From Dysosmobacter segnis (GTDB lineage Bacteria > Actinomycetota > Actinomycetes > Actinomycetales > Bifidobacteriaceae): a DNA stretch of 64,000 nucleotides. The translations under genes were made by a program, and so were the position numbers. Within the stretch, counting starts at the first letter, position 1; each line of letters begins with the position of its first letter. Below the pieces are notes generated by a model. That model was not told the origin of the DNA. It was given only the letters and a program-made list of their open reading frames with translations, and ran no database searches. The stretch spans positions 23,220-87,219 of the forward strand of contig CAVAQZ010000001.1 of NCBI GenBank assembly GCA_963590945.1. Direction: 5' to 3'. Shown here one piece after another: positions 50,193 to 61,476 of the stretch.

Positions 50193-53030
50193 ATGAGCAA
50201 CGTGCTGCAGATTCTGCGCCGAGATTTCAGACGACTGATCACGGTACCGACCGCATGGGTCATCATGATCGGTCTGATACTCATTCCACCGCTGTACTCA
50301 TGGTTCAACATCTATGGATTCTGGGACCCATACGGCAACACCAACAGCATCAGGGTCGCGGTGGCCAACTCCGACAAGGGCGCGAACAACGATCTGCTCG
50401 GCTCGGTGAATCTCGGCGACCAGATCGAAGACACCCTCAAGAGCAACGACCAGCTCGGATGGCAGTTCATGAGCGAGGACGCGGCCATGGACGCGGTGAA
50501 GTCCGGCGACTGCTACGCGGCGATCATCATCCCCTCCGATTTCAGCGCGGATCTTGCGGGCATACTCGACAACAACGGCACAAGGCCGACGCTCGAATAC
50601 TACGTGAATGAGAAATCCAGTCCGATTTCTCCGAAAATCACCGATCTGGGCGCGACGACCGTGGACCGCACCGTCAACAACACCTTCGTATCGACGGTCA
50701 GCGAAGTGCTTTCCGACGCGCTCAACTCCGCCAACGAGACCATCAACGCCACCAACGGCAAAATCGCCGACGAGACGACCAGCAAGCTCGACGAAACCAA
50801 ACAGAAGGTAAGCGACATCCGTTCCACCATCGGCAGTCTCAACGGGCAATTGGCCGACATCCCTCAGAAAACGCAATCCGCGCGCACCGCCATCAACGAA
50901 GTAAAGCTCGCCACAGCCGCGGCCGGCAACGGCCTGGCCAGCACGTCGCAGGCCATCACCGACGCGCAGAACACGCTGAACACGTTCTCCGCCAATGCCA
51001 ACAGCGCGATCGAAACCGGTTCCGGACTCGCATCGCAGGCGGCCAGCCAGTCCACCGCAAGCATCAACAAAGTCTCGTCCGCCGTATCTCAAGCAAGCGG
51101 AACCGCCAGCCAGGCCGTATCCGAAATGCAATCCGTCACCGATTCCAATGCGAAACTCATCGAACGGCTCAAATCGGTCAGCGACGACGAGTCGTACCAG
51201 CAGGTGATCAAGAAACTCGAGGATGCCAACAACACCGCGGCAAACACGTTGGGCGATCTTAAAACCCTCAGCGACGACACCACGGCCACATCCGAAAGCG
51301 TATCCAAGCTCTCCACCGACTTCAACACAGGCACGCAGGACCTGCTGAAGAACGTCGATACCGCACGCAACACCATCAACACGGGCGCGATGCCGAAACT
51401 CAATTCCGGACTCAGCTCGCTGGCCGGCACCGCCGGCACGCTGTCCGGCACGGTGACCAGTCAGGACATGATCGTCAGCCAGGCGACGACCGTCCTCGAC
51501 CAACTCGACCAGGTCGCGGCCGACGCGCGGACCGCGCTGACAAGCACCGATTCTCAGCTCGCGAAGGTGGAGACCAAGCTCACCACCATCAGCACCGATC
51601 TGAAAGCGCTGGAAACCGCGGATCTGCTGAAAAGCGTGACCGGCATCAGCGACCTCGACACCGAGAAGATCGCGTCGTTCATGCAATCGCCCACGGTGTT
51701 GAAGACCGAAACCGTGTATCCGCTCAACTCGTACGGTTCGGGCATGGCCCCGCTGCTCACCAATCTGGCGCTGTGGGTAGGCGCGTTCGCCTTCGTGGTG
51801 ATCTTCAAGGTGGAAGTGGACGATGAAGGACTCGAGGACCTTGAACTCACGCCAAAGGAGAAATACGTCGCCCGATACCTGCTGCTCAGCATGATGGGCG
51901 CCATCCAAGGCGTGCTATGCACCATCGGCGACCTCATGCTCGGCGTGCAGACAGAAAACGCCTTCCTGTTCTGCCTGACCGGCGTGATCACATCATTGGT
52001 GTACCTCAGCATCACCTACGCGCTGTCCACCACGTTCATGCATGTGGGCAGGGGGTTGTGCATCGCTCTGGTGATCGTGCAGATCCCGGGCGCCTCCGGC
52101 CTTTACCCGATTGAAATGATGCCGACGTTCTTCCGTATGGTGTACCCGTTCGTGCCGTTCAGCTACTCGATCGACGCGTTCCGCGAGACCATCGCCGGAT
52201 TCTACGACGGCCACTGGCTCAAGTCGATCGGCTCACTGCTGCTGTTCGCGGCAGCGGCCTTCTTCATCGGCCTGGTGATTCGACCGCTGCTCACCAACCT
52301 CAACAAGCTGTTCGCACGACAGATCGCGGAAAGCGACATGATCCTCGGCGAGGAAGTGCAGCTCAAGGAACGTGGATACAACGTTTCCCAAGCCATTCAG
52401 GTGCTGGCGGACAAGGGCGGATACCGTGAAACCATCGAAGAGAAGGCGAGCAGATTCGCCATGCTGTATCCGAAGCTCAAACGTGGCGCGCTCATCGCCG
52501 GATTCGTCGTGCCGATCGTACTCATACTCGTATTCTCGATGACCACCGGAGAAAAGGTGGTGGTGCTCGCCACCTGGATGCTGTGGATACTGCTCATCAT
52601 CGGCTTCCTGATAATCATCGAGTACATTCGCTACAGCTTGGAACGTCAAGTGGAACTCGGCAATCTGAGTGACGACGCGATCCAAAGCCTCATCACGGAA
52701 CGTCAGGCCAAGCACATGCGGCGCAAGAAACGCGCACGTCTCGCCAAACGTATGAAAAAACTGCGCAAGGACAAGCCTTCCCACGAGGGAAGACACGTCG
52801 ACGGCATCGAAACAACCCAGTCCCTCAACGTGACGGGAGCCGACCAAGGCACAGCCGACGGAATCGCCATACTCGCGCAGCGGATAGGCTCCGGCACCGT
52901 GGAGGACGAGAACGACGAAATCACCGAAACCATGGACCTGGACGCCGAATCCGACATTACGGACGATCCGGAAACCACAGAAACCACAGAAACCGACAAG
53001 ACCGAGACCGACGAAAGGAGCAACGCATGA
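50193..53030 (+). CDS. YhgE/Pip domain membrane protein, paralogue 1
   Basis: IPPLYSWFNI..FWDPYGN, YYVNEK..ISPKIT, long coiled-coil, YGSGMAP, C-terminal TM bundle. Confidence 0.9.
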   Translation: MSNVLQILRRDFRRLITVPTAWVIMIGLILIPPLYSWFNIYGFWDPYGNTNSIRVAVANSDKGANNDLLGSVNLGDQIEDTLKSNDQLGWQFMSEDAAMDAVKSGDCYAAIIIPSDFSADLAGILDNNGTRPTLEYYVNEKSSPISPKITDLGATTVDRTVNNTFVSTVSEVLSDALNSANETINATNGKIADETTSKLDETKQKVSDIRSTIGSLNGQLADIPQKTQSARTAINEVKLATAAAGNGLASTSQAITDAQNTLNTFSANANSAIETGSGLASQAASQSTASINKVSSAVSQASGTASQAVSEMQSVTDSNAKLIERLKSVSDDESYQQVIKKLEDANNTAANTLGDLKTLSDDTTATSESVSKLSTDFNTGTQDLLKNVDTARNTINTGAMPKLNSGLSSLAGTAGTLSGTVTSQDMIVSQATTVLDQLDQVAADARTALTSTDSQLAKVETKLTTISTDLKALETADLLKSVTGISDLDTEKIASFMQSPTVLKTETVYPLNSYGSGMAPLLTNLALWVGAFAFVVIFKVEVDDEGLEDLELTPKEKYVARYLLLSMMGAIQGVLCTIGDLMLGVQTENAFLFCLTGVITSLVYLSITYALSTTFMHVGRGLCIALVIVQIPGASGLYPIEMMPTFFRMVYPFVPFSYSIDAFRETIAGFYDGHWLKSIGSLLLFAAAAFFIGLVIRPLLTNLNKLFARQIAESDMILGEEVQLKERGYNVSQAIQVLADKGGYRETIEEKASRFAMLYPKLKRGALIAGFVVPIVLILVFSMTTGEKVVVLATWMLWILLIIGFLIIIEYIRYSLERQVELGNLSDDAIQSLITERQAKHMRRKKRARLAKRMKKLRKDKPSHEGRHVDGIETTQSLNVTGADQGTADGIAILAQRIGSGTVEDENDEITETMDLDAESDITDDPETTETTETDKTETDERSNA

Positions 53031-55219
53031 GGAACATCTGGAAACTGTTCGTAGGCGACGTCCGCCGTCTCACCAGCAATGTGGTCTCCGTGATCATCGT
53101 GATCGGACTGGTGGTAATCCCCGGCCTGTTCACCTGGTTCAACGTGGCGGCCAGCTGGGATCCGTTCTCCAATACCGGAAACCTCAAATTCGCCGTGGCG
53201 AACAACGACGAGGGATACAAATCCGACCTCATTCCGTTGAAGATCAACGTCGGCGACCAAGTGGTCAACACCTTGCGCGCCAACAGCCAGCTTGATTGGA
53301 CCTTCACCTCCAAAAAAGACGCCATCGACGGCACCAAATCAGGCAAATACTATGCCGCCGTGGTGATTCCGAAGAACTTCAGCACCCGCATGATGACCTT
53401 CTTCACCGACGATGGCGACCACGCGACGCTCACCTACTACAACAACGAGAAGAAGAACGCCTTGGCCCCGAAGATCACGGGCCAAGGCGCCGACACCGTG
53501 GCCGCGCAGATCAACGAAACGTTCTCGGAAACGCTCACCAACACGGCGTTGGAGATAGCCACGCAGCTCGCCGACGCGATCGACGACCCCGAAACGCAAA
53601 GCCAGCTGACCAAGTTCAACGGCAACATCACGCAGTTCGCGCAGTCGATCAATGACTCCGCCACCACTCTACGAACATTCGCGTCGTTGACGTCAAGCGC
53701 ACAGACCATGCTCAACAGCTCGGACCAGCTGCTCAAGCAGGTCAAAAGCAACACCAAGGATGCGAAGAAGCAACTCAAGGAATCCAGCAGCAATATAAGC
53801 GACCTGACAGATGCGGTGAATACCAGCACCGAGGCGCTGAGCACCGCGCTTGGCAATTCGGCGGATGGATTCGCCACCATATCGAACGACGTGGACTCGC
53901 TGTTCTCCAACGTCGGCACGCAGGCCAGCGACACATCCTCGGCATTGCGCAATCAGGCATCGACCATAAGCACGCACGCGGAAAGCTATCAGAAAGTCTA
54001 TGACGCGATCGACGAGCTCAGCAAGAGCGACAAGCTGCCGGAGGCCGCGAAGGCCGCGCTGGAACTGTTCAAAACAGACCTGTCCTCCACCATCGAGCAG
54101 CTCAACAATCTGGCATCCTCCATCAACGAAAGCGCCGACCGCATCGACTCCAAAGTAAGCGACGCAACACAGGAAAAAGAGCAGGTCAAGCAGCTCGTCG
54201 ACCAGGCGAAATCGTCCATCAGCGGCGTCAAAACCAGCTACGACGATGAAATCAAGCCGCAACTCGACAACATCGCCAGTTCCGTCAGCAGCACGTCCAC
54301 ATCGCTGGGCAACGCCGCATCCAGCCTGAAGAACGCACTCGGAGACCTCGATTCCACCACGTCCACCGCGAACAGCCAGTTGACGGCCCTGCAAGACACG
54401 CTCAACTCCACCGCGGAGACCCTCGACGGCACCGCGGGGAAGCTTTCCGAATTCAGCACGAAACTTTCCGACGCGTTGAACAGCGGAGACATGGACGCCG
54501 TGAAGGACGTGCTCAGCACCGACACGGAAACGCTGGCGTCCACGCTGGCCGCACCGGTGGCGCTCAAACGCACGGCCGTGTTCCCCGTGGAGAATTTCGG
54601 CTCCCAGATGACCCCGTTCTACACGTTCCTGCCGTTATGGGTGGGTTCCCTGCTGCTTGCGGTGACATTGAAGACCACCGTCTCGCGTAAGACCCGCAAG
54701 CAATTGGGCGATCCGAAACCGCATCAACTGTTCCTCGGCCATTATGGGGTGTTTGGCCTGATAGCCCTCATGCAAAGCACGTTCTCCCTGGGCGGAAGCC
54801 TGCTGTTCCTACGCGTGCAGGCGGTGCACCCATGGCTGTTCATGCTTACCGGATGGGTCAGCAGCCTCGTGTTCTCGTTCTTCGTGTACACGCTGGTGGT
54901 CAGCTTCGGCAACGTCGGCAAGGCGATCGGCGTGATCTACCTCGTCGTACAGATATCCGGTTCGAACGGCGCGTACCCGCTTTCGCTGCTACCGAACATC
55001 ATCACGAAAATCAGTCCGTTCCTGCCGGCCACGCATTCGATCACGGCACTGCGCGCGGCGATCGGCGGCATCTACAACAACGACTATTGGCAGGCGATCG
55101 GCTCGCTGCTGCTGTTCATTCCTCCGATGCTGATCATCGGCCTGCTGCTGCGCATTCCGTTGGTGAAATTCAACAGGTGGTATGTGGAGAAGGTCGAAAG
55201 CACGAAGGTGATCGCATGA
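53027..55219 (+). CDS. YhgE/Pip domain membrane protein, paralogue 2
   Basis: WFNVAASWDPF, NEKKNALAPKIT, FGSQMTPFY..L.LWVG; ATGA overlap. Confidence 0.9.
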   Translation: MRNIWKLFVGDVRRLTSNVVSVIIVIGLVVIPGLFTWFNVAASWDPFSNTGNLKFAVANNDEGYKSDLIPLKINVGDQVVNTLRANSQLDWTFTSKKDAIDGTKSGKYYAAVVIPKNFSTRMMTFFTDDGDHATLTYYNNEKKNALAPKITGQGADTVAAQINETFSETLTNTALEIATQLADAIDDPETQSQLTKFNGNITQFAQSINDSATTLRTFASLTSSAQTMLNSSDQLLKQVKSNTKDAKKQLKESSSNISDLTDAVNTSTEALSTALGNSADGFATISNDVDSLFSNVGTQASDTSSALRNQASTISTHAESYQKVYDAIDELSKSDKLPEAAKAALELFKTDLSSTIEQLNNLASSINESADRIDSKVSDATQEKEQVKQLVDQAKSSISGVKTSYDDEIKPQLDNIASSVSSTSTSLGNAASSLKNALGDLDSTTSTANSQLTALQDTLNSTAETLDGTAGKLSEFSTKLSDALNSGDMDAVKDVLSTDTETLASTLAAPVALKRTAVFPVENFGSQMTPFYTFLPLWVGSLLLAVTLKTTVSRKTRKQLGDPKPHQLFLGHYGVFGLIALMQSTFSLGGSLLFLRVQAVHPWLFMLTGWVSSLVFSFFVYTLVVSFGNVGKAIGVIYLVVQISGSNGAYPLSLLPNIITKISPFLPATHSITALRAAIGGIYNNDYWQAIGSLLLFIPPMLIIGLLLRIPLVKFNRWYVEKVESTKVIA

Positions 55220-55848
55220 CGCACGAGGATTGCGCCGATTCCCCGAAAGGGATCGTGCAGAACGCCGTCGACGCGGCCGTGCAGAAGGTGCATGGCCGTC
55301 GGGAGATGCTTCGCGAGCAGATCGACAACAAAATCATGCAGGCCACGCTGTCGATCGTCATTTCCGCAGGCATAGGCGCGGTGACGATCGAGGAGGTGGC
55401 GCGACGCTCCGGCGTCGCGAAAACCACGATCTACCGCAGATACAGGAACGCGGACGATCTGCTGCAACGCGCGAAGCTGGAGATTGCGGGACTGCCGGAT
55501 TTCAGCGATTTGGAGACGTCCCGCAATGGCCTGCTCGCCATGCTGCAGCGCATCCAGAACTGCTTCGACAGCGAATTGGGACTGAAGGCCGTGGGTGTGG
55601 TGCTGTCTTCCGACAACGATTCGTTGCGGTCGATCGCGGATCAGGTGATTCAGCCCGCCGAACAGCGGTTCTCGGCATTCATCAACCGTGGGATGGCCAA
55701 CGGCACATTCCGATCCGGACTCGACCTGCATTTCCTGTTCAGCACGGTATTGGGGTCGATGCTCACGTATAAGGCCCTGTACTGCAGCAACGAGATCACA
55801 TGGCCGGATCACATGGCCGGACTGCTCTGGCAGGCCATGTCCGCCTGA
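55216..55848 (+). CDS. TetR/AcrR family regulator
   Basis: VTIEEVARRSGVAKTTIYRRY HTH; ATGA overlap with the upstream gene. Confidence 0.9.
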   Translation: MTHEDCADSPKGIVQNAVDAAVQKVHGRREMLREQIDNKIMQATLSIVISAGIGAVTIEEVARRSGVAKTTIYRRYRNADDLLQRAKLEIAGLPDFSDLETSRNGLLAMLQRIQNCFDSELGLKAVGVVLSSDNDSLRSIADQVIQPAEQRFSAFINRGMANGTFRSGLDLHFLFSTVLGSMLTYKALYCSNEITWPDHMAGLLWQAMSA

Positions 55849-55932
55849 TATGCGATCGCTTGATAGGCGATTGACGGAACGTCCGGCGATCCGAGTGGTC
55901 CGTCAGGCATTCCGCACGGCCTTCCAATGGTC

Positions 55933-55976
55933 GAGTTCCGTGGCGGTTCCGAAGACACGGAACCGCCACGGAACTC
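55933..55976. terminator. 18-bp perfect inverted repeat between convergent operons
   Basis: GAGTTCCGTGGCGGTTCC/GGAACCGCCACGGAACTC. Confidence 0.8.
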
Positions 55977-55994
55977 ATCGCGCCAGTTGTTGCG

Positions 55995-56552
55995 CTACTG
56001 TATGGACGCTTCCTGACGGGCCACGTCGAGCGCTTTGTTGAACGCCTCGGAAGTCCAGCTGGCACCGGCGAGCTTGTCTATCTTGAGGTCCTTCAAAGGT
56101 TTGCCGACCACCGCGTCGGGAACGGCTTCGGCGAAGCTGTTCTGACGTTTCTCGGAAATCGACGTGAACGCGTGCCCGACGACCTTCACCGCCGTGACGT
56201 TCTGGTCCTTGACCGTCAGATATACGTCGATGGAATCCTCGCCGACCGGCCCGTACTGGCCTTTGACCGCATAGTCGCCGTCCGCGTAGTTGCCGGTGTC
56301 CTCCTTGTCGGAGGTGGTGGAGTCCTCGCTGTCGGCATGGTTTTTTACGGAATCGTCGCTATCGGAGGAATCGTCGGTGGCGCTGCCGCTGGTCTGCGAC
56401 TTCTCCTGCTGGGACTGCACGCTTTCGCCGGAATTGCCCGAATATTCGTCGTCCATCGGCGTGGCGGTCGCCTCACCGCATGCCGAAAGCAATGCGAGGC
56501 TGGCCGCCGTCAAAGCGATGGTCCTCACCACGGTGGATTGCTTGTTGCTCAT
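55995..56552 (-). CDS. FMN-binding lipoprotein of the iron uptake operon
   Basis: LSAC lipobox; YADGDY; AGASWTS FMN-binding motif. Confidence 0.82.
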   Translation of the reverse strand: MSNKQSTVVRTIALTAASLALLSACGEATATPMDDEYSGNSGESVQSQQEKSQTSGSATDDSSDSDDSVKNHADSEDSTTSDKEDTGNYADGDYAVKGQYGPVGEDSIDVYLTVKDQNVTAVKVVGHAFTSISEKRQNSFAEAVPDAVVGKPLKDLKIDKLAGASWTSEAFNKALDVARQEASIQ

Positions 56553-56630
56553 AGTCACTCCCGTTGCCTCGTTCCGGCCGGTTGGGCCGTTCTTTCCGTT
56601 CCTGCCGACCGCGACGGCACACTTGCGTTT

Positions 56631-57440
56631 TTACTCCTCGCCACCGGTTTTCGCCGCTTTGGTGGGGTCCGTGAATTCGATCGCGACATCGCCGTTCTGC
56701 GCGCCTTCCGCTGACGATCCGGTGAACGCCGGCTTGCCGCCGTCCGCCTCATATGCCCGCTTCGCAACCTCATCATTCCACTTCTCGCCGACGAGCACGC
56801 CATGGTTGAGCATGATCTCGCGTTGGGCGCAGGATGCGACGAGCGCGTCATGCGTGACCACGATGATCGTGGTGCCCTGCTCATGCAGCTGACGGAACAG
56901 GTCGAGCACGATCTTCTCGTTCTTCTCGTCGAGATTGCCGGTCGGCTCGTCGGCCAGGATCAGCTTCGGACAGTTGATCAACGCTCGCGCGATGCACACG
57001 CGCTGCTGCTCGCCGCCCGAAAGCTGGCCGGGCAGATGGTGCGCGCGATCCTTCAAACCTACGCGTTCCAACGCATCCATGGCTTGCTTCTCGTTGACCA
57101 CGGAATGGTAGTACTGGGCCACCATGACGTTTTCCACAGCCGTCAGATGAGGTACGAGATAGAACTTCTGGAACACCAGGCCGATCATGTTCTTGCGCAC
57201 GTCCGCCAACTGCCTGGCGTTCAAATCCTCCAGCTTGCGCCCTTCAAGCATCACGGAGCCTTCGGAAGGCGTGTCCATGCAGCCGATCATGTTCATCAGC
57301 GTGGTCTTGCCGGAACCGGACGAGCCGACGATCGCCAGCCATTCGCCCTGAGGAACGGTCAGCGTCAAATCGTCGACGGCATGCAGGTCGCCGTAGATTT
57401 TGGAAATATGGCTCAGTTCAAGAAGCATTTCGGAGCTCAT
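56631..57440 (-). CDS. ABC transporter ATP-binding protein (LolD/MacB-like)
   Basis: [30 protein letters not shown]. Confidence 0.93.
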   Translation of the reverse strand: MSSEMLLELSHISKIYGDLHAVDDLTLTVPQGEWLAIVGSSGSGKTTLMNMIGCMDTPSEGSVMLEGRKLEDLNARQLADVRKNMIGLVFQKFYLVPHLTAVENVMVAQYYHSVVNEKQAMDALERVGLKDRAHHLPGQLSGGEQQRVCIARALINCPKLILADEPTGNLDEKNEKIVLDLFRQLHEQGTTIIVVTHDALVASCAQREIMLNHGVLVGEKWNDEVAKRAYEADGGKPAFTGSSAEGAQNGDVAIEFTDPTKAAKTGGEE

Positions 57441-57442
57441 GG

Positions 57443-58648
57443 TTATTCCTCCCTCAGAACGATGGCGGGGTCGATGCGGGTTGCGCGGCGGACCGGCGGA
57501 ATGGACGCCACGATGGCGATCAGCATGCTGAGCATCAGAGACGCAAGACCCAGCGGCCAGTTGAAGCCGATCGCGCGGTCGAATACGGTGACGCACAGCA
57601 CACGTGCCAGCAGATAGCCGACCGCAGTGCCGAACAGGCCGCCAATCAGGCCGTATATGGCCGATTCCACGTAGAATTCAATGCCGATGGCCTGCGAGGA
57701 TGCGCCGAGCGCCTTGCGCAGGCCGATCTCGCTGCGGCGTTGGCTCACGATCGAGCTGATCGTGGTGCCCACGCCGACGAACGTCAACACAAGCACCACC
57801 AGCGAAACGATCCAGAACAGGGTTTGCAGCATGGTGATGATCCGGGTGTCGGATGACGTGATTTTGGTGACGGCCTGCGCCTTCACGCCGGTGTTCGGAT
57901 TGGCGTTGAGGCTTTTGATGACGGCGCTGAGCTCGTCTCCCACCGCGTTCACGGAATATTCCACCACGTCGGCGCCACGGTCGGAACCGGAAAGCCTGGT
58001 CACATCGGCGTTGGTGGCGTACACGATGGAATCCTCGTTGCCGCCCGTATCCACGATACCGGCCACGCGGAACTCCGTGCCCTCGGTGTCGAGAATGTCG
58101 GACGAGACACGGCCGTTTTCCGTGGTTTGGGATTCATCGGAACCGGATGTGTCGTCGGAAGCGCGGTAGCCGATGGTCACACGCGAGCCGACCTGCACGC
58201 CGAGGGCGTCGGCGACATCGCGGCCGATCATGACGTTGCCCTCGCTCGGCCAATCGCCGGTGACGCTCCAATGGCGGTTCAGCGCCTTGACCGCTTCCGT
58301 GCTCACGCCCGCCAACGTGTAGGGGGCGGAGTTGATGCGCACGCTCTCATACCGGTAGGCCGCGGATTTCGTGCTGTATTCGCCGGAAACGAACGCGGTC
58401 ACGATATCGATGGTCTCACTGCTGATGCCCTGCGATTTCTCTTCGGCATCGGACGGGGTGACGATCATGTTCGCACCATACGCGCGCATCTCCTCGTTCA
58501 TCTGCTGCGGCACCGCGATGCATACGGAAGCCAGGCAAAACAGCGTCGCCGCGCCCACCAAAGACGCGATGACGGCCATCACCGCACGCGAACGACGGCG
58601 GAATACCGCACCCCACAGCATGGTGAGGAACATCCTGCGATTGGTCAT
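57443..58648 (-). CDS. ABC transporter permease (FtsX/MacB family); start may be 58693
   Basis: RRSEIGLRKALGA motif; DPAIVLREE C-terminus. Confidence 0.9.
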   Translation of the reverse strand: MTNRRMFLTMLWGAVFRRRSRAVMAVIASLVGAATLFCLASVCIAVPQQMNEEMRAYGANMIVTPSDAEEKSQGISSETIDIVTAFVSGEYSTKSAAYRYESVRINSAPYTLAGVSTEAVKALNRHWSVTGDWPSEGNVMIGRDVADALGVQVGSRVTIGYRASDDTSGSDESQTTENGRVSSDILDTEGTEFRVAGIVDTGGNEDSIVYATNADVTRLSGSDRGADVVEYSVNAVGDELSAVIKSLNANPNTGVKAQAVTKITSSDTRIITMLQTLFWIVSLVVLVLTFVGVGTTISSIVSQRRSEIGLRKALGASSQAIGIEFYVESAIYGLIGGLFGTAVGYLLARVLCVTVFDRAIGFNWPLGLASLMLSMLIAIVASIPPVRRATRIDPAIVLREE

Positions 58649-58682
58649 GTCACGCCCTTTACGTTCACGGATCCTATGTTCA

Positions 58683-60023
58683 TCAGCGGCCATGGAGCAC
58701 CTCCGCCGGTTTCAGGTTCAGAATCGAACGGATCGACGAGAACGACGCCACAAGTACGGTGATCGTCAGCAGCACGAACACCAGCACGAACACCATCGGC
58801 CGCATCGTAATGCCGGAGCCGAAGACGACCTGGCCCACGATCTGCGCGACCCCGGAACCCGCCAGCGCGCCAACCAACGCGCCGAACAGCGAGATCACGG
58901 CCGTTTCGGCCAGCATAAGGCGGGAAACCGCCCCGTCGGTGGCGCCGATCGCCTTCATCAACGCAAGTTCCGAACCGCGTTCGCCGATTGAGGCGGCCAT
59001 CAGGTTCGCGACGGCGATCGCGGCGGCAACCAACGAAAGCGCGGTCATCAGCACCATCACCGCCTGCGTTTTCTGCAGCACGTTGCCCTGCAACGCAGCC
59101 ACCTGACGTACCTGTTTCGCCACGGAACCGTCGATCACCTCCTCGATCTGGTAGGCGATCGAAGACGGGTATGCCGTGCAATACCAGGTCTCCCACTCGT
59201 CTTGCGTAAGCGCGTTCGGATTCTTCGACGCCTTGCGAGCCAGATCGTTGTCCGGCGTGGTGAGCGCCTTGACTTCGATCTTGTCGATGGAATCCGGCAG
59301 ATCGGCAAGTTCCTGCGCCACACTGGACGCGATGTACATGCCGTTGTTGTCCGAATCGCCGGAATCGTAGATGCCCGTGATCGTGATCCGCGTGCTGTTG
59401 CGCACGCCCGACGACGTGGTTTTGCCGAGGGTTACGGTATCTCCGATGCCCACGCCCAGTTTCGAGGCGAGCGTGGCGCCGATGAGTCCCTGATCGGAAT
59501 CGTCCTGCGGCCAGGAGCCCTCCAGCGTCCACCAGGAGCGCATGCCGTTCATGCCGGCCACCGCCGATTCGCCGGAATCCATGTGCAGGGTCTTGGCGAA
59601 CCACGTGCCCACGATCGCGACATTGGACGCCTCGCATGAGCTTGGGTCGGCGGAGTCGTCCGAGCAGTCGGCGTCAACGTGGATGTTCAGTTCCGGCGCG
59701 AAATTGGTGATGTTGAACGCCCAGAAAATCGTTTTGATCTTCGCCGCGTCGGATTCCTTGAGGAACGCGGTCGGATCGGAATCGTCGGAGTCCGAGGATT
59801 CCGACGTGTTGTACAGGTCGTTCACCACGGCGTCTGCCTTCGGCTGCACGACGATGTTGGAACCGTAGGAGGAAAGCTCCGCGGTGAGCTTGTCTCCTAC
59901 GTCGAACACCACGCCGAGCATGGCCACGCTCACCGTGGCCGAAAGGCATACCGTTACGGCGATCAGCAGCCTGCGTTTGAACTGACGGCTGAACGAACGG
60001 AGGATCATCCTCAGGAAGAACAC
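58683..60023 (-). CDS. ABC transporter permease (FtsX/MacB family)
   Basis: ERGSELALMKAIGA, WYCTAY motif, PAEVLHGR C-terminus. Confidence 0.9.
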   Translation of the reverse strand: MFFLRMILRSFSRQFKRRLLIAVTVCLSATVSVAMLGVVFDVGDKLTAELSSYGSNIVVQPKADAVVNDLYNTSESSDSDDSDPTAFLKESDAAKIKTIFWAFNITNFAPELNIHVDADCSDDSADPSSCEASNVAIVGTWFAKTLHMDSGESAVAGMNGMRSWWTLEGSWPQDDSDQGLIGATLASKLGVGIGDTVTLGKTTSSGVRNSTRITITGIYDSGDSDNNGMYIASSVAQELADLPDSIDKIEVKALTTPDNDLARKASKNPNALTQDEWETWYCTAYPSSIAYQIEEVIDGSVAKQVRQVAALQGNVLQKTQAVMVLMTALSLVAAAIAVANLMAASIGERGSELALMKAIGATDGAVSRLMLAETAVISLFGALVGALAGSGVAQIVGQVVFGSGITMRPMVFVLVFVLLTITVLVASFSSIRSILNLKPAEVLHGR

Positions 60024-60043
60024 GGTTCAATCACCCCTTTCGC

Positions 60044-61315
60044 TCACTGGAAATGACTCGACAGCTCGTCGAGCACGGACGTTTGAATGACGATCCTGCC
60101 TTGTTCGACCTTGTAATCGAACGGCACGGGGTTGCAACCGCCTTGGAAGCCGATGGTGGCGAGATTGATGGCCACATCGCATTTCTTGCAGATAATCTTG
60201 CCGTCCTTCTCGTAGTAGCCGGCGTCGCCGCAGTTATCGCATGCGTCGAGGCCCACGCCGTACGCGCCGCCGTTTTTCTTGATGACGATGAAGCGCATGA
60301 CCGTGCCGTCTTTCGCCGTGTATTCGAAACGATGCAGATGGCCGTCGGAAACCTGGCTGAATTTGATCGTGGCCACGCCGTCTTCGAGCGAGTACTCCTC
60401 CGGATCGGAAAGCGTGACGACCTGCTGCGTCTGTGCGACGCCATACGTGAGCGCCACCGTGACGCCGATCACCGCCACCAGAGTCCAAGCGCCGGCGGCC
60501 TTAGCCCGGCGCCGGAACGCGATGTGGGAACGTGCGATGGCCTCGTTCGCGCCAGTGGGTTTCACCTTGAATCCCATGATGATGCTGGCGACCGCGGGAA
60601 TGGCGAACACCACAGCCATCGCGATGGTGACATGCCGCTGATGATTGATGGCCCATACGAGTGCGAGGAAGGCGGACGTCGGGAATTTCACGATGCGCTT
60701 GGACTGCAGCAGCTGCGCAAGATCGGTGAAATGCGTGACGAACAGCAGCGTGACGAACAGCAGCACGGCAATGGTGAACGACCATCGCACCGCGGTGGAA
60801 CGCATGGTGCGGAAAATGCAGGCGGCGATGATCGCGGTGGCCGCGCCGAGCGCGAATCCGAGGGCACGCAGCAGCATGTCGGAAGTGAAGACCGGATCGC
60901 CGGGTTCCACGAAGATCGTAAGCTTCAGGATGACGTCCGGCAGTGCGCGGAACGTGGCGGCGGCGATGGCGAGGGCCGCAATCAGATTGGCCATGTCCAG
61001 CATCATGCGGTGGTCATGCCATTTGGTGGTGATGCGGCGTGCGAAGAGCACGATCACGAAAACCGCGACATCGAGGATCACGCAGCACCACAATGTCGGA
61101 TAGTTGACGAACGTACGTTGCGTGATCACGGCGGTGGCTCGCAGCGCCGCGAACGCCACGGAGCCGGCGAATCCCACGAGGAAGCCGATCAGCCGCCAGT
61201 ACGCGCTTGTCGGCCTGTCTCGCCCCTCCCCGACCGTGAGCATCACATTCAGAGCCATGATCAGCAAAGCCGGTGCCAGCAATCCCTGCAACACCGTCAC
61301 ATACTGCAGCAGCAT
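60044..61315 (-). CDS. DUF2318-type membrane protein with predicted Fe-S domain
   Basis: TM N-terminal half; DACDNC, CKKC, GGCNP. Confidence 0.87.
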   Translation of the reverse strand: MLLQYVTVLQGLLAPALLIMALNVMLTVGEGRDRPTSAYWRLIGFLVGFAGSVAFAALRATAVITQRTFVNYPTLWCCVILDVAVFVIVLFARRITTKWHDHRMMLDMANLIAALAIAAATFRALPDVILKLTIFVEPGDPVFTSDMLLRALGFALGAATAIIAACIFRTMRSTAVRWSFTIAVLLFVTLLFVTHFTDLAQLLQSKRIVKFPTSAFLALVWAINHQRHVTIAMAVVFAIPAVASIIMGFKVKPTGANEAIARSHIAFRRRAKAAGAWTLVAVIGVTVALTYGVAQTQQVVTLSDPEEYSLEDGVATIKFSQVSDGHLHRFEYTAKDGTVMRFIVIKKNGGAYGVGLDACDNCGDAGYYEKDGKIICKKCDVAINLATIGFQGGCNPVPFDYKVEQGRIVIQTSVLDELSSHFQ

Positions 61316-61476
61316 CTTTCCCCTTACGGTTGCGTATTTCGATCACGCATTACGATCACGCGATTTGTGCGGCGCGACTTCCGCCGCACAACTTCCGCCG
61401 CGTAATTACGCATGAAGTCGGAACCCGCTTGCGCAGGCTCCGACTTGGTTGTATTCACGGATTCAGACCGTGGCGA

